The notes beneath the pieces were generated by a model, which saw only the letters and a list, made by a program, of their open reading frames with translations, did not search any database and was not told the DNA's origin. DNA of 62,740 bases, filler included, from Globobulimina sp. (Eukaryota): assembly GCA_003354225.1 (NCBI GenBank). It is 23 parts of 23 records of this genome, joined end to end, with 100 filler letters (N's around TTAATTAATTAA, not from the genome) between each part and the next. Parts side by side here need not be neighbours in the genome. Positions count along the whole stretch, not along the records: positions 57,382 to 60,011 come from PIVH01005621.1; positions 60,112 to 62,740 come from PIVH01005622.1; 21 more parts are not named here. One strand, given 5' to 3'. How positions within the stretch are numbered: position 1 is the stretch's first letter; every line of letters starts with the position of its first letter. The translations under genes and the position numbers were made by a program. Below are positions 58,609-62,740 of this stretch, piece by piece.

Positions 58609-59810
58609 GAGGACACTAAACCGTTTTTGTATAAAAAACAGTCAAAATAAAACAATGCAACGCAGACAACAACAGTTTGAATATCTAATAGTACTTGATT
58701 TTGAAGCCACGTGCTTCACAGAATCAGCAGATCCGGACGAGATTATTGAATGGCCCGCAATGATTATCGATACAAGACAAAAATGTGTATTGGACAATTA
58801 TTTTCATTTTTTTATAAAACCACGAATTAATCCAATCCTTTCTTCACAATGCATTGAGTTAACTGGAATAAAACAAGAAATTATCAGTAACTCATCAGAT
58901 ATTGTTTATGTTATAAATAAATGGAATGAATTTTGTTATTTAAATAATTTATTCTCCAACAATTCATGTATTGTAATTTGTGGCAATTGGGATTTAAAAA
59001 TAATGTGGCCGATGCAATCAAAAATAATTAATAATCAATCAATAAAACAAATACATTATTCGATATTACACTGGTTTAGAAATTCCATTTCAAAGTCAAA
59101 CCAGCAAAATAAACAAATTCCGTCAGAGATTATGGATTTAATCAAATTGTTTTGCACAGATTCATTGATATCAAAACCGGTTTTATTCGATTCATGGATA
59201 AATATTAAACATTTATATCACGAGATATATAATAAGCGCGTGAATGGAATGAAAGATATTTTGTATCAATTTTGTATATCTCATGAAGGACATTATCATT
59301 CCGGCTTTGATGATGTAACCAATATTTGTTCCATTGTTTTATATATGTTAAACAAGGAAATTTTATTTGTTCCAACATTTACAAATTGTAATGATATCAC
59401 TGTTGAATGTGAAATGCAAATACGCCAAATGTTGGAGATAAAGTTAGGAAAAAATAAAAGAAAAATGTTGATGGATAAAGAATTGATGAAATCTTTTTGT
59501 ATTGGTGAGAATATTTGTAATTATAAAGGAGATATCGGCGGAATCATTGAGATTGGAATTGAATCACAAATATTTGGTAAAAAAACAAAGAAAAAGAAAA
59601 TAGTGACTATAGTTAATGGCATTAATCCGGACATTTTAGAGAAGTACGGAATTAAAGGTCTAAAATCTAAACAAATGAGTCGAATTTTAGCAAAAGAGTT
59701 TGCGACAACTGTCGGGTATAGAAAATTGTCAAAATTGGATACAAGTAAAGTATTAATAATAAATGGTAATATTCCCAATCAAATTGCAAAGTTTCTCCAA
59801 AACAGTCTCC
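58592..59810 (+). CDS. ERI1-like DEDDh 3'-5' exonuclease fused to a SUI1/eIF1-like domain
   Basis: VLDFEATC, EIIEWP, CIELTGI, CGNWDL, GHYHSGFDD. C-terminal KKKKIVTIVNGI..RILAKEFATT..LIINGN..IAKFL. Confidence 0.75.
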
Positions 59811-60011
59811 AAGTGAGGAAGAAAGTCGGCCCCTAAATCCCGAGATAAGACTGACAATAAATCTAGTATGGGTTCCAGTGACAGAGCATATTCCATTTTG
59901 AGCCTTTTCAAAAGAGACTCAAGAATTTCTTCTTGATGGTGAACCAGCTGGGGCAACGTTGCAGATAGCTGCTGCACCTCCGAGCAACACTCCAGCCAAT
60001 CATGAGCCGCG
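59800..60011 (-). CDS. UTP20-like HEAT protein fragment (chimeric end)
   Basis: EVQQLSATLPQLVHHQEEILESL..LEPILDLLSVLSRDLGADFLPHL resembles the UTP20 N-terminal region; higher GC than the neighbouring gene. Confidence 0.6.
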
Positions 60012-60111
60012 NNNNNNNNNNNNNNNNNNNNNNNNNNNNNNNNNNNNNNNNNNNNTTAATTAATTAANNNNNNNNNNNNNNNNNNNNNNNNNNNNNNNNN
60101 NNNNNNNNNNN

Positions 60112-61769
60112 GCCAAGAATATGGCAGTCGTACTATGTCCCAATTTGTATGACAATAATGAGCAAACTGCCGATGCCTTGGACCGCCCAAACGCAAAAAT
60201 AAAGCAGCAGTCAATAACGAGCCTATACCCGCAATAAAAACATATTTGTATACAAATCCGCAAAGAAAACACGTTTTAATATTTAGCTCGTCCAGCACCG
60301 CCGAAAAAAAAGAAGAAGAAAAAGAAAAAGAAATTGTTGTTGGAATCAATGGTCGATAATTACCCGGCCGCCTCCGCCGCGGCTAAAGTGCCTGAATCGG
60401 AGACGGAGCCGGAACCAATTCGCAGACAGTCGCACCACGTTCCGATGGAATCAAAGGTATTTGGTGGCTTCGTGCAGCCTGGCTTGGCAATGCTGCCCCA
60501 TTATGATCATGGGGCCAATCCGGAGCAAAAGGAACGAACTGAGAAAAAGAGTAAGAAACATAAGCGAATTAAGGTAGACTCCGATTCTGACGATGAATTA
60601 ATTCCAGCTTTGGCTCATTTGGATGGCGATGGCATCGCCGGCGAAGATGGAGATGGTGGCGGTATTGGTGGCGCAGTGATTGATTATGTGTACGAAGAGA
60701 AGCAATTTGAGTTTGAGACAAAACCAATGGGCTTTCAGATCGAAGCTGAAAATGGAAAGATATCGGTTCGCAGTGTACGGCAAATGAGCGTTGCTGGCAA
60801 ATATGGAGTGGAGGCGAAGTGGGATATTGTGGCAGTGAATGGTTTCCGTGATTGGTCGTCGATGTTAGGCATTTTAGAATCGTCGTTAGGTCCATTTGCG
60901 ATCATATTTGCTGTGCCGGTGTCTGTTGCTGCGATGCCTGCAAATAACTCCAATTCGAATTTGATTACAGTAGAGAAGTCATTGTCAAATACGAGTAACC
61001 AACATCCGATACCGCCCATTATTAATAATAACAGTTTGCCCGCACCGCCCGAGCAGAAAGAAGTGGATATCGTAGCACCGTACGTACCGCCCCCGGCACA
61101 GCAAAAAGCACAGGTAAACCTTCTGCGTTTCTGGTGTTTAATGTGTATGGATTTATTGTGTGGTATATATAGGCTATGATAGCAACGCAAGAATCCGTAA
61201 TATCAATATCCGGAGCACGCGATGATGAGATGAAGGAAGACGAATATAATAGAAATAAAGCCAATTTTGACATGATGGGCCGGAACAGCTCAGCCATTGC
61301 CAAGCAAATATTAAATGAACATGACGATGAGGAGAATAATAAGATGATAATTGCAGACAGAAATGTATATAATTCCAGTGGCAGTATGCAACAAAATGAG
61401 TATAAAAGATTGGAATTTGCGATTAAAAAACTACAAAATAAAAATGCGCAGTTACTGGAAACATTGCAAGTGATCCGATTGAAAGGTGAGATGGAACGGA
61501 TTGAGTTGGATAATGCGAAAAATATACAAAATGAGAACAATAAATTAAAAAAAGAATTGAATGATAAAATAAAACCGCTTAAGGCGCACTTAAAAAATGC
61601 AAATAAACAAATACAAACACAAAGGCAATTAATGTATCAATATGCCAATTTATTAAGAAGGCATAAAATACCAATCCCGGAGTTGCAAGTTTCTTTACAA
61701 GAGAATGAATCGTCGAGTGAGTCTGATTCCGATTCCGATTCGGATTCTGATGATTCATCACAGGACTAA
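60112..61769 (+). CDS. PDZ-like + coiled-coil protein (spliced, 5' truncated)
   Basis: FETKPMGFQI..VRSV..AGKYGVEAKWDIVAVNG (PDZ-like); intron about 61114-61172; acidic SD tail. Confidence 0.6.
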
Positions 61770-62028
61770 GCTGCGTTGTGTCTGCATAACTTTTTCGTTT
61801 GCTTTGTATTTTTATTTTTTTTTCTCTTTTTTGTTGTTGTTTTCCCCTTCTTTTAAATTGTCCAACATGTTTACGTGTACACAAACTAGTTAGTAGTATT
61901 AATTAAAATCATTCTTCCGTTTTTTGTTTACGATGAGCTGCGCAGTCGGCTTACTCAATTAAAGTAAAATATGAGTTGTATAATGTATATCCTTGCACAT
62001 AACCACATATGTTTTGGTTTTATATTTT

Positions 62029-62388
62029 TCAGTTTAGTTTTCTTGGCAATAAGGGGTTTAATAGTCTGTAAACAAAAAATGCAGTCATTAATACAGATAA
62101 CATTGCAACTAATCCGATGGGCATAATATTTCCAGATTTTGACCATCTTGAACATGTCATAAAAGCTAATACCGCAGACACAACCAATCCTGACACGTTT
62201 TCATTTCTATCTGATGAATTTGTAAAATATTTTTGGTACGCTGAATATCCTAAAGCTGCGGATATAGCACCTCCGAAAAATAAATAGAATATTAATGAGA
62301 TTGAAGCTTCTTTTCTAAAAAATGCAATTAACCCTCCAAATGATACAATAATACCATATGGCAATGAGAAACAAAAAGCATAGGTCAT
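62029..62388 (-). CDS. TMEM14/FAX-family small membrane protein
   Basis: YGIIVSFGGLIAFFRKEASISLI..RWSKSGNIMPIGLV. Confidence 0.8.
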   Translation of the reverse strand: MTYAFCFSLPYGIIVSFGGLIAFFRKEASISLIFYLFFGGAISAALGYSAYQKYFTNSSDRNENVSGLVVSAVLAFMTCSRWSKSGNIMPIGLVAMLSVLMTAFFVYRLLNPLLPRKLN

Positions 62389-62585
62389 GTTACAATATGT
62401 AATATATTAATAACGTTGCAAATTACAAATTACAATTCGCAACAGGATCCAAGTTATTATATATAGATTTAAAATAAAACAGTTTTTCCAACTTCGATAT
62501 TTATACAGCTTCGTGTTAGCGAGCGGACGACGGTAAAAGAAATTATTCATATTAGACTATTAGTGGAAGGAATGCATTTAAGTCA

Positions 62586-62740
62586 GAGGTTGAGAAGTTG
62601 AGAGGTTTAGAAGTTTATGCGTTGAGAGGTTGGGATGTTTAGAAGTTGGTGGATAAAAGTATCGTAGAATTGGATTCTTGTTTCATTAATAATTCAACTT
62701 CTGAACCTCTCAACTTCTGAACGCATAAACCTCCGAACCT
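62586..62740. repeat. Inverted repeat built from about 9-bp AGA(A/G)GTT subunits
   Basis: 62586-62648 (GAGGTTTAGAAGTTTATGCGTTGAGAGGTTG..) is complementary to 62695-62740 (CAACTTCTGAACCTCTCAACTTCTGAACGCATAAACCTC). Confidence 0.75.

Noticed and set aside
21676-60011. Horizontal gene transfer of the prokaryotic fragments (PPTase, T2SS-F, CruF, pnuC)
   Set aside because: All are short, at contig ends and interrupt genes, which is more simply explained by chimeric amplification or assembly.
2635-60111. Regularly spaced TTAATTAATTAA palindromes every 2.73 kb
   Set aside because: Artificial linkers inside N runs. ORFs ending in X..N or X..LIN and any gene neighbourhood across linkers are artefacts.

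Overview
This window is not one contiguous locus. It is 23 unrelated assembly contigs of about 2.63 kb, in descending size order, joined by 100-nt N/TTAATTAATTAA/N spacers, so no inference can cross a spacer. Most contigs are AT-rich, intron-containing protist DNA. The SAM, MYND, MATH and FG-GAP content and a recurring 'LI.G..R...IP..I..L...F' motif suggest a foraminiferan/rhizarian host (inference). Two contigs (43730-46360, 51922-54551) have very short introns and look metazoan. Several contig ends carry short bacterial, archaeal or other-eukaryote fragments joined mid-gene, as expected for amplification or assembly chimeras. Recognisable genes: a GST-PEBP fusion, cystathionine gamma-lyase, MATE, GBF1-like, LMF1, FYVE-ELMO, ERI1-SUI1, TMEM14, PnuC and a SAP + ADP-ribosyltransferase-like protein. 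Mobile elements: a DIRS/Ngaro-type retrotransposon, a non-LTR retrotransposon with RNase H and poly(A), a Penelope-like 5' end with a minimal hammerhead ribozyme, and a Crypton-like recombinase. The most interesting candidate is contig 43730-46360. It looks like the end of a Polinton/Maverick (adintovirus-like) element, with a 31-bp repeat array ending in ACTACT and a Polinton-type small ORF, beside a spliced, highly divergent histone H3 that the ORF track missed. All family calls come from motifs recognised by eye; no searches were run.
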